64,000 nucleotides of DNA from Candidatus Multivoradales bacterium (GTDB lineage: Bacteria > Acidobacteriota > Thermoanaerobaculia > Multivoradales > JAHEKO01), in NCBI GenBank assembly GCA_965223155.1, contig CBDCVR010000013.1, positions 512,001 to 576,000 of the forward strand, written 5' to 3'. The position numbers were made by a program, and so were the translations under genes. Under the pieces are notes generated by a model. It was not told where the DNA came from. It worked only from the letters and a program-made list of their open reading frames with translations, and did not search any database. How positions within the stretch are numbered: the stretch's first letter is position 1; each line of letters starts with the position of its first letter. Shown here one piece after another: positions 9,183 to 18,650 of this stretch.

Positions 9183-10988
9183 TTGAGTTATCGACAGTTT
9201 CCCTGCCCGTCTCCGCCATCTCGAAGGCGCGCCCCGCGCCGGCTTGCCGCGGTCCTGGGCGCTGTCGTGGGCCTGGCCGGAGCGGTTGCGGCGTTCGCCG
9301 GGATCCGCTCCTTCGAGATCAGCCAGACCGCCCTGCTCGAGACCCAACCGCCGACCCTCCGCGCCTACGCCCGCCTCCTGGACGAACGCAACCAGCCGAT
9401 CGACGCCCTGGCCGGAGTCACCGTGACTGGAAGCCTGGGCGTCCGCGCCCTACCGCTCCAGGCGGTACGACCCTTCGCCGAGACCGGCCAGGGGGTCGCC
9501 TACGTCTTTCTGGTGGACATCTCCAAGTCGCTCAGCGAGCGCGAGTTCGGCTTGATCCAGAGCTCTCTGGAGGGCTGGATCTCCGGCCTGAAGCCGGCGG
9601 ACCGCGCGGCGATCCTGGCTTTCGGCAACCAGAGCCGGCTGGTGGTCGACTTCACCTCCGACGCCGCCGCCCTGCGCAGCGGCATCGCAGCCCTTGGACC
9701 CACCGACGACCAGACCGTCTTCTTCGAGGCGCTCAAGGACGGCTTCGAGCTGGCCCGGCGCCGGGATCCCGGGCTGCCGGCCCGGCGCGCTCTCATCGTC
9801 CTGACCGATGGCCGGGACGAAGGCAGCGGCTGGGTCGTGGACGACATCCTGGAGGATCTACGCAATGACTCGGTGCCCTTGTTCGCGATCGGCCTGAGCC
9901 GGATCCGGGACCTGGACGAGCGCGAGCGCTACCTGAGACTCTTGCAGCGGCTGGCCACCAACTCGGGAGGCACCTACTTTCGGGGCACTACCCAGACCAT
10001 CGACGCCTCGTACCGGTCGATCCGGGAGGCCGTGGAGACGATCTGGGTGCTGGATTTCGGCTGCGGCTCCTGCCCTCTGGACGGCCGCAACTACCGCCTT
10101 CAGGCAAATCTCTCCGAAGCCGGCAGAGTCTTCTCCGACGGGCGCAGCGTCCGCCTCCTGCCCCCAACCGGCCTGGCCGCGTCCGGCGCCGGCAGCGGAT
10201 CGTCGCCGTCGGAGGAGGGAGCCGCGCCTCCCGCACTGGTCCCCGCCGCGTCCGCGCCAGCGGCGCCTCTCGAGACCGATCCGGGATCGGAGCTGGGGCC
10301 GGGCACGGGACCCGGTCTGGAGAAGCCCCGCCCCTCGGAACCGGCGCCGGGATCTGATCCCTCCCAGAAGCAGGACGCAGCGGCGGATCCTGACGGCGAG
10401 CCCGGGACAGCGGCCCCGGCCGGCCAGGGCACCTTGACCAAGCTGCTCGGCCCTGCGGTCGCTCTCCTGATCCTGGCGCTCGTCGGCTGGTGGTTCCTGG
10501 GCCGCCGCAAGCGCTCGCCGGTGACTTCGCCGCCCTCCGAGGCCATGAGCTCGGAGCCGGAAGCCGTGAAGGAAACCGCCTCTCCGCCTGCTGCCGGCCG
10601 GGACGAGGGTTTCCGGACTTCGGGAGGAGTCGCGACCACCCGTCCACCGCGGCCCTGGAAGCTACGGGTCGTGCGCCTCGTCGTGGTCCGGGGCAGCAAA
10701 CCGGGCAAGCAATACACCGTGACCCTGCTGGAACGAGCCAAGGTCGGAGCCCGATCGGACTGCGACTGTGTCCTGGTCGGCGAGCCCGGGGTCGAGGCCG
10801 AGCAATTCGAGCTCTTCCAGCTCGACGGCAACGTCTTCGTCCGCAACCTGGCGCGGTCCAATCCGACCCTGATCGACGGCCTCCCCATCGAGGATCGCCA
10901 GCCCATCCAGAGCGATACCCTGCTCGGCACCCGGGAGTTCATCGTACGGATTCTCTTCGGCGAGGGCCGCGCCACGACCCGTGTCTGA
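9183..10988 (+). CDS. Exported vWA domain - Pro/Ser/Gly-rich linker - TM helix - cytoplasmic FHA-like domain protein (start uncertain)
   Basis: Signal-like N-terminus, MIDAS LVDISKS, LTDGRDEGS, TM LLGPAVALLILALVGWWFL followed by RRKR, and a C-terminal FHA-type beta pattern. Confidence 0.8.
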   Translation: MSYRQFPCPSPPSRRRAPRRLAAVLGAVVGLAGAVAAFAGIRSFEISQTALLETQPPTLRAYARLLDERNQPIDALAGVTVTGSLGVRALPLQAVRPFAETGQGVAYVFLVDISKSLSEREFGLIQSSLEGWISGLKPADRAAILAFGNQSRLVVDFTSDAAALRSGIAALGPTDDQTVFFEALKDGFELARRRDPGLPARRALIVLTDGRDEGSGWVVDDILEDLRNDSVPLFAIGLSRIRDLDERERYLRLLQRLATNSGGTYFRGTTQTIDASYRSIREAVETIWVLDFGCGSCPLDGRNYRLQANLSEAGRVFSDGRSVRLLPPTGLAASGAGSGSSPSEEGAAPPALVPAASAPAAPLETDPGSELGPGTGPGLEKPRPSEPAPGSDPSQKQDAAADPDGEPGTAAPAGQGTLTKLLGPAVALLILALVGWWFLGRRKRSPVTSPPSEAMSSEPEAVKETASPPAAGRDEGFRTSGGVATTRPPRPWKLRVVRLVVVRGSKPGKQYTVTLLERAKVGARSDCDCVLVGEPGVEAEQFELFQLDGNVFVRNLARSNPTLIDGLPIEDRQPIQSDTLLGTREFIVRILFGEGRATTRV

Positions 10989-12401
10989 ATCCCGCCTTCG
11001 GCAACTCCAACGGGCCTGCTTGCCGCGGCTGGCCCGGATTCCGGTTGTGGACCTGACCGCGGGCCTGGCCGCGAGCCTCCTCGCGACGTTCCTGGGCGTC
11101 GCTACCGTGCACGCCTGGAGCGGCGACCCGGCGCCGGCGGAAGAGGAGGCCACAACCGCCACCGAGCCCGCGGCGGCGGAGACCTCCGAAGAAGGCGACC
11201 CGGACGGCGCCGTCACCGAGTCCGCCGGGTCTCCGACATCGCCTAAGTCCCGAAAGGCCAAGAAGGCCGGCAAGTCGCGAGACTCCTCCGACGACGCCGA
11301 ATCCGCCGCATCCAAAACGTCTAAGAATTCCGATCGAACCGAGAAGCCCGAGGCGGACGACGAGAACGACCTCGCCGACGAGGACGCCGAAGAGCCGCCC
11401 AAGACCCGCGTCACCATCACCAGCGATGCTCCCGCCAACGTCTTTGCCCGGGGCGAGGCCCTCGGACCGGTCACTCCGAAGCACCAGTAACCTTCGAGGT
11501 CTCGATCGAGACCGAGACTCTTGTCGCCACCGCGGCCGAGGCCGCGGCGGCCAGGTGGACGCAGGCGGTCGAGCTCAGCGAAGACGAACCGGTCAGCTTT
11601 GAAATTCCGATGCTCGAGATTCTCGAGACGCTACGCAAGACCGAGCGTCGCGACAAGGTGTTTCGGGTGCTGGACGACGGCATCATGTGGACCAAGCAGG
11701 ACAACGGCCGGGCCCTGCGCTGGGCCGAGGCCGTCGCCCACTGCCGCGACTCGCTCCTGGGCGGCTGGGACAATTGGCGCCTGCCCAGCCTGGCCGAGCT
11801 GGAGTCGCTCCAGGCGCTCTGGTCCTTGGCCGCGTACAAGATCGTCGGCGGCATCCAGATGACCGACTGCTGTCAGTGGAGCACCGACGCGGCTTCCGAG
11901 AGCCACGCCTGGAACTTCAACTTCCGTTTCCGGCGCGCCTTCGAGACCGACAAGCGGCTGGCCTCCGGACTGCGCGCGCTCTGCATCCGGGAGATGGAGG
12001 CCGACGAGCTGGAGGCGGCTCGCTACGCCGCCGACCCCAAAGTGCAGAAGCAGAAACGGCAGCAGCGCGAGGAGCGCCTGGCCACCAAGAAGGAGCGCCA
12101 GCTCGAGCGCAGGGCGCGCAAGAAGACGCGCGAAGCCGCCCGCGAGTCCGATCCGTCCAATGAGCCCGATCAGCCCAATCAAGAAAACCAAGACGATCGG
12201 GGCGTCGGTCCTGACGCGGGCCATGGCGACGCGGAGACCGGACCCGAGCCGGCCGCCCCCGCTGAGCCGGGCTCACCGGACGAGGCGGCACCGTCTCCCG
12301 AGCCAACGGAGCTATCCGAGCCAGCGGAGGCAGCAAGCGCAGCGGAGTCAGCTGAGTCCGATGACAGCTCCGAGTCCTCGGACCCGCCCGGTCGCAACTA
12401 G
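10981..12401 (+). pseudogene. Exported PEGA-like + DUF1566 (Lcl C-terminal-like) protein split by an apparent 1-nt deletion near 11478 (ORFs 10981..11490 and 11610..12401)
   Basis: ORF1 ...VTITSDAPANVFARGEALGPVTP continues in the -1 frame as EAPVTFEVSIE...FEIPMLEIL into GIMWTKQDNG...WAEAVAHC...GGWDNWRLPSLAEL...WS...AW...ALCIR (DUF1566 signature). May be a sequencing indel. Confidence 0.65.
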
Positions 12402-12438
12402 AATCGCTGCGGTAGACTCACAGAGCACGGGAGAGACC

Positions 12439-12993
12439 ATGGCTGAGCTCGAAGAATCGTCCGCAAGCCGGACCAAGAAGCAGCGGGGATCGCGTATCCC
12501 CTTGGTGATCGGTTTGGCCGCCCTCGGAGGCGGCGCCTGGCTGCTTCTCAACTCCCGGGGCTTCGCCATCCCTCAATTCAAGGACCTCTGGCCTTTCCTG
12601 CTGATCCTTGCCGGCTTCGGCACCCTCGCCGACTACATGTTTCTGAGCCGGAGGCCGGGCTCGGCGGGTTGGTCGGTCGTGCTGGTCGGACTCGGCGTCC
12701 TGGCCTTCGCCCTGACCCTCGATTACACCACCTGGAAGCGCATTCTGGACTGGCTGCCCAGCTTCCCCACCATCATCGGCCTGGGGCTCCTGACCACCTG
12801 GATCGCCGGCGCCCGCGACAACGCCAACCTGCCGGTAGCGGGCATGATCCTCTTGAGTCTCGGCATCATGGGCTTCGGCGCCCGCTTCGACTGGCTCAAG
12901 GAGATCCTGCCGTCGGTTCAGGTCTTTTGGGCGATCTTGCTGGTCGTCGCCGGCGGCTACCTCGTCTATCGCTACGGCCGCGGGCGCGGCTAG
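12439..12993 (+). CDS. Multi-pass membrane protein (LiaI/LiaF/DUF5668-like repeats)
   Basis: About 6 hydrophobic helices with LWPFLLILAG, WLPSFPTIIGLG and FWAILLVVAGG repeats; GGAG upstream of ATG 12439. Confidence 0.65.
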   Translation: MAELEESSASRTKKQRGSRIPLVIGLAALGGGAWLLLNSRGFAIPQFKDLWPFLLILAGFGTLADYMFLSRRPGSAGWSVVLVGLGVLAFALTLDYTTWKRILDWLPSFPTIIGLGLLTTWIAGARDNANLPVAGMILLSLGIMGFGARFDWLKEILPSVQVFWAILLVVAGGYLVYRYGRGRG

Positions 12994-13015
12994 ATCCCGC
13001 CGAAGAGATTCTGGG

Positions 13016-13564
13016 ATGAATCAGCCGTACCGTGTCAAGGGCAGCTCGATCCGGTCCAAGCTCGACTTCGTGCACGAGGAGCTGGGCGCAGAGGCCGAAC
13101 AGAGGCTGCACGATAGGTTCGCCCAGGTCCAGGATCTCGAGTCCATCCTGGACTCGGCTTGGTATCCGTTCGAGCTCTACGACGGCGTCAACCGAGCCAT
13201 CGCCGATCTCTTCTTCGGCGGCGACCTGAGTCAGCTCGAGCGGGTCGGCGCTTTTTCCGCCGAGAAGGCTCTGAGCAGCGTCTACGGCGCCTTCGTCGCC
13301 GGCGGGGACTTCGTCAGCTTTCTCAACCGCGCCGCCCTCCTGCATCAGCGGTTCTATGACGTCGGCACCACCGAGGTCACGATCGGCGAAGACCGCAAGT
13401 CCGCGACCATCGTCCATCGCGAAGCGCCAACCTACTCCCGGGCCGACCTCTTCGTGGCCTCAGGCTTCTACAAAGGCGCGGGGCGCAAGCTCGGCCTGGA
13501 CGAAGTACGCTCCGAGTTCACCTTCGACGAGACCGGCGCTCGCTTCGAGCTTTCCTGGGACTAG
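13016..13564 (+). CDS. DUF2378 / TIGR02265-like (H-NOX/V4R-like fold) hypothetical protein
   Basis: VKGSSIRSKLDFV...ILDSAWYPFELY...GAFSAEKAL...FELSW pattern resembles the myxobacterial DUF2378 family. Confidence 0.55.
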   Translation: MNQPYRVKGSSIRSKLDFVHEELGAEAEQRLHDRFAQVQDLESILDSAWYPFELYDGVNRAIADLFFGGDLSQLERVGAFSAEKALSSVYGAFVAGGDFVSFLNRAALLHQRFYDVGTTEVTIGEDRKSATIVHREAPTYSRADLFVASGFYKGAGRKLGLDEVRSEFTFDETGARFELSWD

Positions 13565-15197
13565 CCGCCACCAGGCCGGAAAGCTCCTCCAGGGTAACCC
13601 CTAGCCGGCGGGCCGTGGCCGCCGCCAGAGACGTCCCCGCCACCCCTGGAACAAACTGGTAGGTGGAGCGCTCGCTCACCATCTCCACCTGCAGAAATTC
13701 GATACCGTCCACCGGCCGGTCGGCCTCGAGCTGGCGAGCGAAGTCCAGGAAGTGGGTGGTGATCAGGCCCACCGGCCGGACTCGCCGCAGGAGACGCAGA
13801 ACCATCAGCACGATCTCTTCGGCCTCCGAGGGGTTGGTGCCGGAACAGAGCTCGTCGATCAGCACCATCGAACGCTCACCCACCGACTCGAAGACCCGGC
13901 GAATCCTCAAGAGCTCGGTGCCCAGCCGGCCCTCGCGCTGGTCGACGCTGGCGCGCTCGGCGGCCGAGGCCATCAGACCGTCCACAAGCGGCAGCCGCGC
14001 CTCTCGCGCCGGCACGTAGAGGCCCGATTGACCCAACACCTGGGCAAGGCCCACCGCCTGCAACAGCCGCGTCTTGCCGCCCGAGTTGGGACCGGTCACA
14101 AGAACGATGGGATCGTCGCGGGATGCCGCGAGCCGAGAGGCAACGGGGGTGCCCTGACGGAACAGCAGCGGATTGAAGAGCCCGTCCAGGTGCAAGACTC
14201 CGTCCTCCGGAAACCGGGCCTTGACAACTTCCAGGCCGGCGGCCCCGGCGCGCTCCCGAAAGGCGAGGGCGCCCAGGTAGAACGACAGCTGGCAATGCAA
14301 CTGAAGAAGCGGCTTGATCCAGTCGCTCAGCTCCATGAAGACGGCGTGTACGACACGGTTCACGAGCTCCTTGTTGCTGAACTCGAAGCCCCTGCGAACG
14401 AGCTCGAACCTCTGCTTCAAGCGCTTCCAGGGCGTGAGGTAGAACGGGTTCGATTCGTTCTCGGCCAGCCGTTGCAACTCGAGGGCGCGAATCTTGCCGT
14501 CAGCCCCGATACGAATCCGGAAGTCCAGCCGGGCCAAGTCGTTCTCGAAGTCCAGCAACGCGGCCATCAGCCGGTACTCCTCACTCCCCTGCGCCGCCGT
14601 GCCGGTCTCGGCCAGGCGCGCTAGGCCCGAGGTCGCCGCCGCGAACCGGTCGGCCATGCCGTCGATGATCTGCTTGGCCTGCTCCAGGATCTCCAGGCGG
14701 AAGAGGGTGATGTCGAGCTTGGCCCGCTTGTGCGGCGCGCGAAACAAGGACAGCAGATGAAAAAGATCGCGCGACAGCCCGTCGACCTCGTCGCGAAGTG
14801 CATCGTCCGTCTCGAGCTCCAACAACACCGCTTGCCGGAACCGGATCGCGGCCAGGCTCCCCGGCGGCCTGGCCAGAATCGCCCTGAGATAGGCCTTGTT
14901 GACCGGTGTCGGCTGGCCGGCCGCGTCAGCCTCGAAGCACTCTTCCACCAGCTCGTCCAGAAAGAGCTCGTCTTCGAAGAGCTCCGGCTGCCAGCTCGAG
15001 CCCGTCACTTCGGGCTCGGCAAGGGCCCGCTCCAGCCGGTCGGCGGCGCCGCCACCCAGAAACGAGATCTCCATGAGCTCGCTCAACGCGGCGTCGTCGA
15101 GGGCCAGCCGGGGCCGCTCGAAGAGCAAGTCGGGCACCGGAATCCTGGAACGCCGCCGCCCCGGAGAAAGCGGCGCCTGCGCGGTGTCCGGCGGCAT
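13518..15197 (-). CDS. MutS-related ATPase (domain V plus partial domain III; no mismatch-binding or Smr domain)
   Basis: TGPNSGGKT, LAQVLGQSGLYVPA, LIDELCSGTNP, TTHF and GVAGTSLA. Start is ATG 15197 or 15206. Confidence 0.85.
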   Translation of the reverse strand: MPPDTAQAPLSPGRRRSRIPVPDLLFERPRLALDDAALSELMEISFLGGGAADRLERALAEPEVTGSSWQPELFEDELFLDELVEECFEADAAGQPTPVNKAYLRAILARPPGSLAAIRFRQAVLLELETDDALRDEVDGLSRDLFHLLSLFRAPHKRAKLDITLFRLEILEQAKQIIDGMADRFAAATSGLARLAETGTAAQGSEEYRLMAALLDFENDLARLDFRIRIGADGKIRALELQRLAENESNPFYLTPWKRLKQRFELVRRGFEFSNKELVNRVVHAVFMELSDWIKPLLQLHCQLSFYLGALAFRERAGAAGLEVVKARFPEDGVLHLDGLFNPLLFRQGTPVASRLAASRDDPIVLVTGPNSGGKTRLLQAVGLAQVLGQSGLYVPAREARLPLVDGLMASAAERASVDQREGRLGTELLRIRRVFESVGERSMVLIDELCSGTNPSEAEEIVLMVLRLLRRVRPVGLITTHFLDFARQLEADRPVDGIEFLQVEMVSERSTYQFVPGVAGTSLAAATARRLGVTLEELSGLVAASPRKARSERRSRRR

Positions 15198-15405
15198 GGA
15201 GACCATGCTACTACTCGCCGGCAAGGGCCCGCCGGGGTCGGGCCGGGACAGACCAGGCGGGACGCGGGGGCTTGATACACTCTCGCCCGCCGCATGATCC
15301 GCCGGCTCGACCGTGTTCGAGCCCCCGCCCGGTCGGGCCATCGGCGCCTGGCGACGCGGCCTTTCCCTCTCTGCTGCCGTCGTCGCCTCCGAAGGGGACC
15401 GCACC

Positions 15406-16509
15406 ATGGAGTTTTTTGAGCGCATCGTAGATATGGGACACGAGCGAGTGCTGCTTTGTTCCAACCCCGACGTCGGATTGCGGGCGATCATCGCGGTGCA
15501 CTCCACAGTCTTGGGCCCAGGGCTCGGCGGCTGCCGGATCTGGCCCTTCGAAAGCGACGAGGACGCCCTGATCGACGCCCTTCGGCTGTCTCGAGGCATG
15601 ACCTACAAGGCCGCAGCCGCCGGCCTCAACCTGGGCGGCGGCAAGGCGGTCATCATCGGCGACCCCAAGACCATCAAGAGCGAAGCGCTGTTCCGCTCCT
15701 TCGGCCGCTACGTCGAGTCCTTGAACGGGCTCTACATCACCGCCGAGGACGTGGGTACCGACATGGAGGACATGGAGCTCATCCTGACCGAGACCCGCTG
15801 GGTCACGGGAGTGGCGCCCGCGCATGGCGGGGGCGGCGATCCGTCTCCGGTGACCGCCCACGGCGTCTTCCAAGGCATCAAGGCCGCCGCGGCCGAGCAC
15901 TGGGGGGAGCCCGGCCTAGCCGGAAAGTCGGTGGCGATCCAGGGTCTCGGAAGCGTCGGCTACTACTTGGCGAGCTACCTGCGCGAGGAAGGCGCAAAGC
16001 TCTTCGGCGCCGACATCGACCGGGAGCAGGCCAACAAGGCGGCCTCCGAGCTGGGAGTCGAGCTGGTGGCGCCGGACGAGATCCTGGAGATCGACTGCGA
16101 CGTCTTGGCGCCCTGCGCGCTGGGCGCCATCCTCAATGCCGAGTCCATTCCCAAGCTCCGCTGCCAGATCGTGGCCGGCGGCGCCAACAATCAGCTCGCC
16201 GACGAGGAGCGGGACGGCTTGGCGCTCCACGATCGAGGCATTCTGTACGCTCCCGATTTCGTCATCAACGCCGGCGGCTTGATCAACGTCTACAACGAGC
16301 TGGGCGGCGACTACAACCGGGAACGGGCACTGCGCATGACGCGGGTGATCTACCTCAACTTGAAGCGCGTCTTCGAGATCTCCAAAGAAGAGCGTCTGCC
16401 TACCGGAGTCGCCGCCGACCGGCTGGCAGAGGAGCGCATCGAGACCGTGCGCAAGCTGGGCTCGCGGCACTGGGGCCGGTTCATCCAGGACCGCCCCACC
16501 TACGTCTGA
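15406..16509 (+). CDS. Leu/Phe/Val dehydrogenase
   Basis: LGPGLGGCR, RLSRGMTYK, GGGKAVI, YITAEDVGT, GLGSVG, GGANNQL and PDFVINAGG. Confidence 0.95.
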   Translation: MEFFERIVDMGHERVLLCSNPDVGLRAIIAVHSTVLGPGLGGCRIWPFESDEDALIDALRLSRGMTYKAAAAGLNLGGGKAVIIGDPKTIKSEALFRSFGRYVESLNGLYITAEDVGTDMEDMELILTETRWVTGVAPAHGGGGDPSPVTAHGVFQGIKAAAAEHWGEPGLAGKSVAIQGLGSVGYYLASYLREEGAKLFGADIDREQANKAASELGVELVAPDEILEIDCDVLAPCALGAILNAESIPKLRCQIVAGGANNQLADEERDGLALHDRGILYAPDFVINAGGLINVYNELGGDYNRERALRMTRVIYLNLKRVFEISKEERLPTGVAADRLAEERIETVRKLGSRHWGRFIQDRPTYV

Positions 16510-16513
16510 CGGG

Positions 16514-17242
16514 TCACTCCTCTTCGGAAGAACAGCCGCCGCCCGCTCCGGCCGGCCCCCCGGCCCTTCGGTCCGCCCCTCGGACGTGGGCGACGATAGT
16601 CTCGATCACCTGATGTGCCGAGAGCTCGCCGGTGTCGATCACGCGGTAGGAGTCGTCCCAGCGTAGGGGCGAGTCCTTGCGGTTGCTGTCGCGATAGTCG
16701 CGCTCGCGCACCTCCCGCTCGACCGCCGCCAGCTCGATGTCATCGCCTGCGTCCTGGAGTTGCAGCCAGCGCCGCTCCGCCCGCACCTCGGGAGAGGCCG
16801 TCAGAAAGAACTTGTGCGGCGTCTCGGGCACCACCCGGGTGCCGATGTCCCGTCCTTCGAGCACGCCGCCATGTTCGCGGGCGCAGCGTCGCTGGATCGA
16901 GCGCATGCGCCGGCGCACCCCCGGATACACGGAGGTCTTCGAGGTCGCGTCCGCGACTTCGAGGGTGTAGATGCGGTCGCCGACCGGGCGTCCGCTCAGG
17001 CGAATCTCGAAGCTGCCGCCATCGCCGGCCGCGACCCGCAAGTCCAGCTCCTCGGCCAGCGTCTCCACTGCCTCGCGGTCTTCGGGGTCCACGCTCCGCT
17101 CGAGTACCTCGAGCCCCAGGGTGCGGTACATGGCGCCGGTCTCGAGATAGGGCACGCCCAGGTACTCGGCGACCACCCTGGCGACGGTCGATTTGCCGAC
17201 GCCGGAAGGGCCGTCGATCGCCACGATCAGCGGCGCGCTCAC
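16514..17242 (-). CDS. cmk: Cytidylate kinase
   Basis: IDGPSGVGKST, TGAMYR, EGRDIGT and RDYRDSNR. Confidence 0.96.
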   Translation of the reverse strand: MSAPLIVAIDGPSGVGKSTVARVVAEYLGVPYLETGAMYRTLGLEVLERSVDPEDREAVETLAEELDLRVAAGDGGSFEIRLSGRPVGDRIYTLEVADATSKTSVYPGVRRRMRSIQRRCAREHGGVLEGRDIGTRVVPETPHKFFLTASPEVRAERRWLQLQDAGDDIELAAVEREVRERDYRDSNRKDSPLRWDDSYRVIDTGELSAHQVIETIVAHVRGADRRAGGPAGAGGGCSSEEE

Positions 17243-17976
17243 CGCCCCGCCATCCTGCCCCGCTCGGCCTCCGACAGCTCACGCAGCGAGCCTTTCGCCA
17301 ACCGGCCGCCGGTAACGCCGCCGATGGCCACCCGGCGCAGGCGCAGGACCGGGTGCCCGACGCGGGCGAACATCTCACGGACCTGCCGGCTCCGGCCCTC
17401 GGTCAGCTCGATCTGCCACCAGGAGTTCTTTTCGAGCGCCCGCGCTCCCCGTACCGAACGGAGCGCCTCGATGCGAGCCGGCAGCGTGCGCTTGCCCTCC
17501 AGCACGATGCCGCGGGCTAGTCTCGCCACCGTCTTGGCGCTCGGCACTCCCTTGACCTTGACCTCGTAGGTCTTGGTACAGCCGAAGCTCGGATGACTCA
17601 GCTTGTGGGCAAAGTCACCGTCGTCGGTAAGGACCAGCAGACCCTCGGTGTCGTAGTCCAGCCGGCCCACCGGAAAGACACGGCGCTCGAGCGCCTTGGG
17701 CAAGAGATCGTAGACGGTGCGGCGCCCCTCGGGATCCGAGCGCGTCGTCAGGTAGCCGGCGGGCTTGTTGAGCAACAGGTACAGGCGCTCCCCGGCCGGC
17801 GGCTGCACCCGGCGCCGGCCCACTTTGATCGCGTCGCGCTCGGGATCCGCCTTGTCCCCCAGCTTGGCGACCTTGCCGTTGACGGTGACCTCGCCCTGGC
17901 GGATCAGCTCCTCCGCCCCGCGCCTGGAGGCGATGCCGGCGCGCGCCAGCACCTTCTGCAACCGCTCCCGGGACAT
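17239..17976 (-). CDS. rluB: Ribosomal large subunit pseudouridine synthase B family
   Basis: S4 domain RLQKVLARAGIASRR and GRLDYDTEGLL catalytic motif; scpAB-rluB-cmk synteny. Confidence 0.9.
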   Translation of the reverse strand: MSRERLQKVLARAGIASRRGAEELIRQGEVTVNGKVAKLGDKADPERDAIKVGRRRVQPPAGERLYLLLNKPAGYLTTRSDPEGRRTVYDLLPKALERRVFPVGRLDYDTEGLLVLTDDGDFAHKLSHPSFGCTKTYEVKVKGVPSAKTVARLARGIVLEGKRTLPARIEALRSVRGARALEKNSWWQIELTEGRSRQVREMFARVGHPVLRLRRVAIGGVTGGRLAKGSLRELSEAERGRMAGR

Positions 17977-17981
17977 CCTGC

Positions 17982-18641
17982 CTACTCCTCTTCCCGCGCC
18001 GGCTGGAAGGGGACCACGTTGTCCGGCGCCGGACCCTCGCCGTCTTCCAGATCCAACTGCTCGACGGTCTCGCCCGGCGCCGCGCCGATGTCGGGCACCG
18101 CCATGTCGCCGAACATCTCTTCGAATTGTTCCAGCGGCGGCAGGTCGTCGAGGTGCTTCAGACCGAAGTGCATCAAGAAGTCCCTGGTGGTCGCGTACAG
18201 GAACGGCTTGCCCACGACCATCTTGCGTCCGGCAATCCGGATCAAACGCTTTTCGAGCAAGGTCTTCAAGACTCCGCTCGAACCGACGCCGCGCAGCTCT
18301 TGCACCTCGGGCCCAGTGATCGGCTGGCGGTAGGCCACGATCGCCAGCGTCTCGAGAGCGGCATGGGACAGCCGGTTCTGGCCGGTGGCCTCGAACAGCT
18401 TGCGCAGGTAGCCGTTGAGCTCGGGCCGGGTGACTAGCCTGAGCCCTCCCGCCACCTCATCGACAACCACGCCTTGCTCGCCGTCTGACCCGTACTTCGC
18501 CAGCACCGCCGCTAGCGCCTCTCTCGCCGCCTCCCGTTCGCCCCGGCCGAACATGCCCAGCAGCTTGCGCGCCGGCACCGGCTCGGCGGTCACGAACAGG
18601 GCCGCCTCGATGGCCGCTTCGAATTCTTTGGAATTGCTCAT
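17982..18641 (-). CDS. scpB: SMC-Scp complex subunit ScpB
   Basis: IEAALF, LSHAALETLAIVAYRQPIT, IAGRK..VGKP.LY.TT..FL..FGL. Confidence 0.96.
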   Translation of the reverse strand: MSNSKEFEAAIEAALFVTAEPVPARKLLGMFGRGEREAAREALAAVLAKYGSDGEQGVVVDEVAGGLRLVTRPELNGYLRKLFEATGQNRLSHAALETLAIVAYRQPITGPEVQELRGVGSSGVLKTLLEKRLIRIAGRKMVVGKPFLYATTRDFLMHFGLKHLDDLPPLEQFEEMFGDMAVPDIGAAPGETVEQLDLEDGEGPAPDNVVPFQPAREEE

Positions 18642-18650
18642 TCTTCGTCC

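Noticed and set aside
11470-11490. Programmed -1 frameshift or phase variation
   Set aside because: No X XXY YYZ slippery site or homopolymer run; an indel is the simpler explanation.
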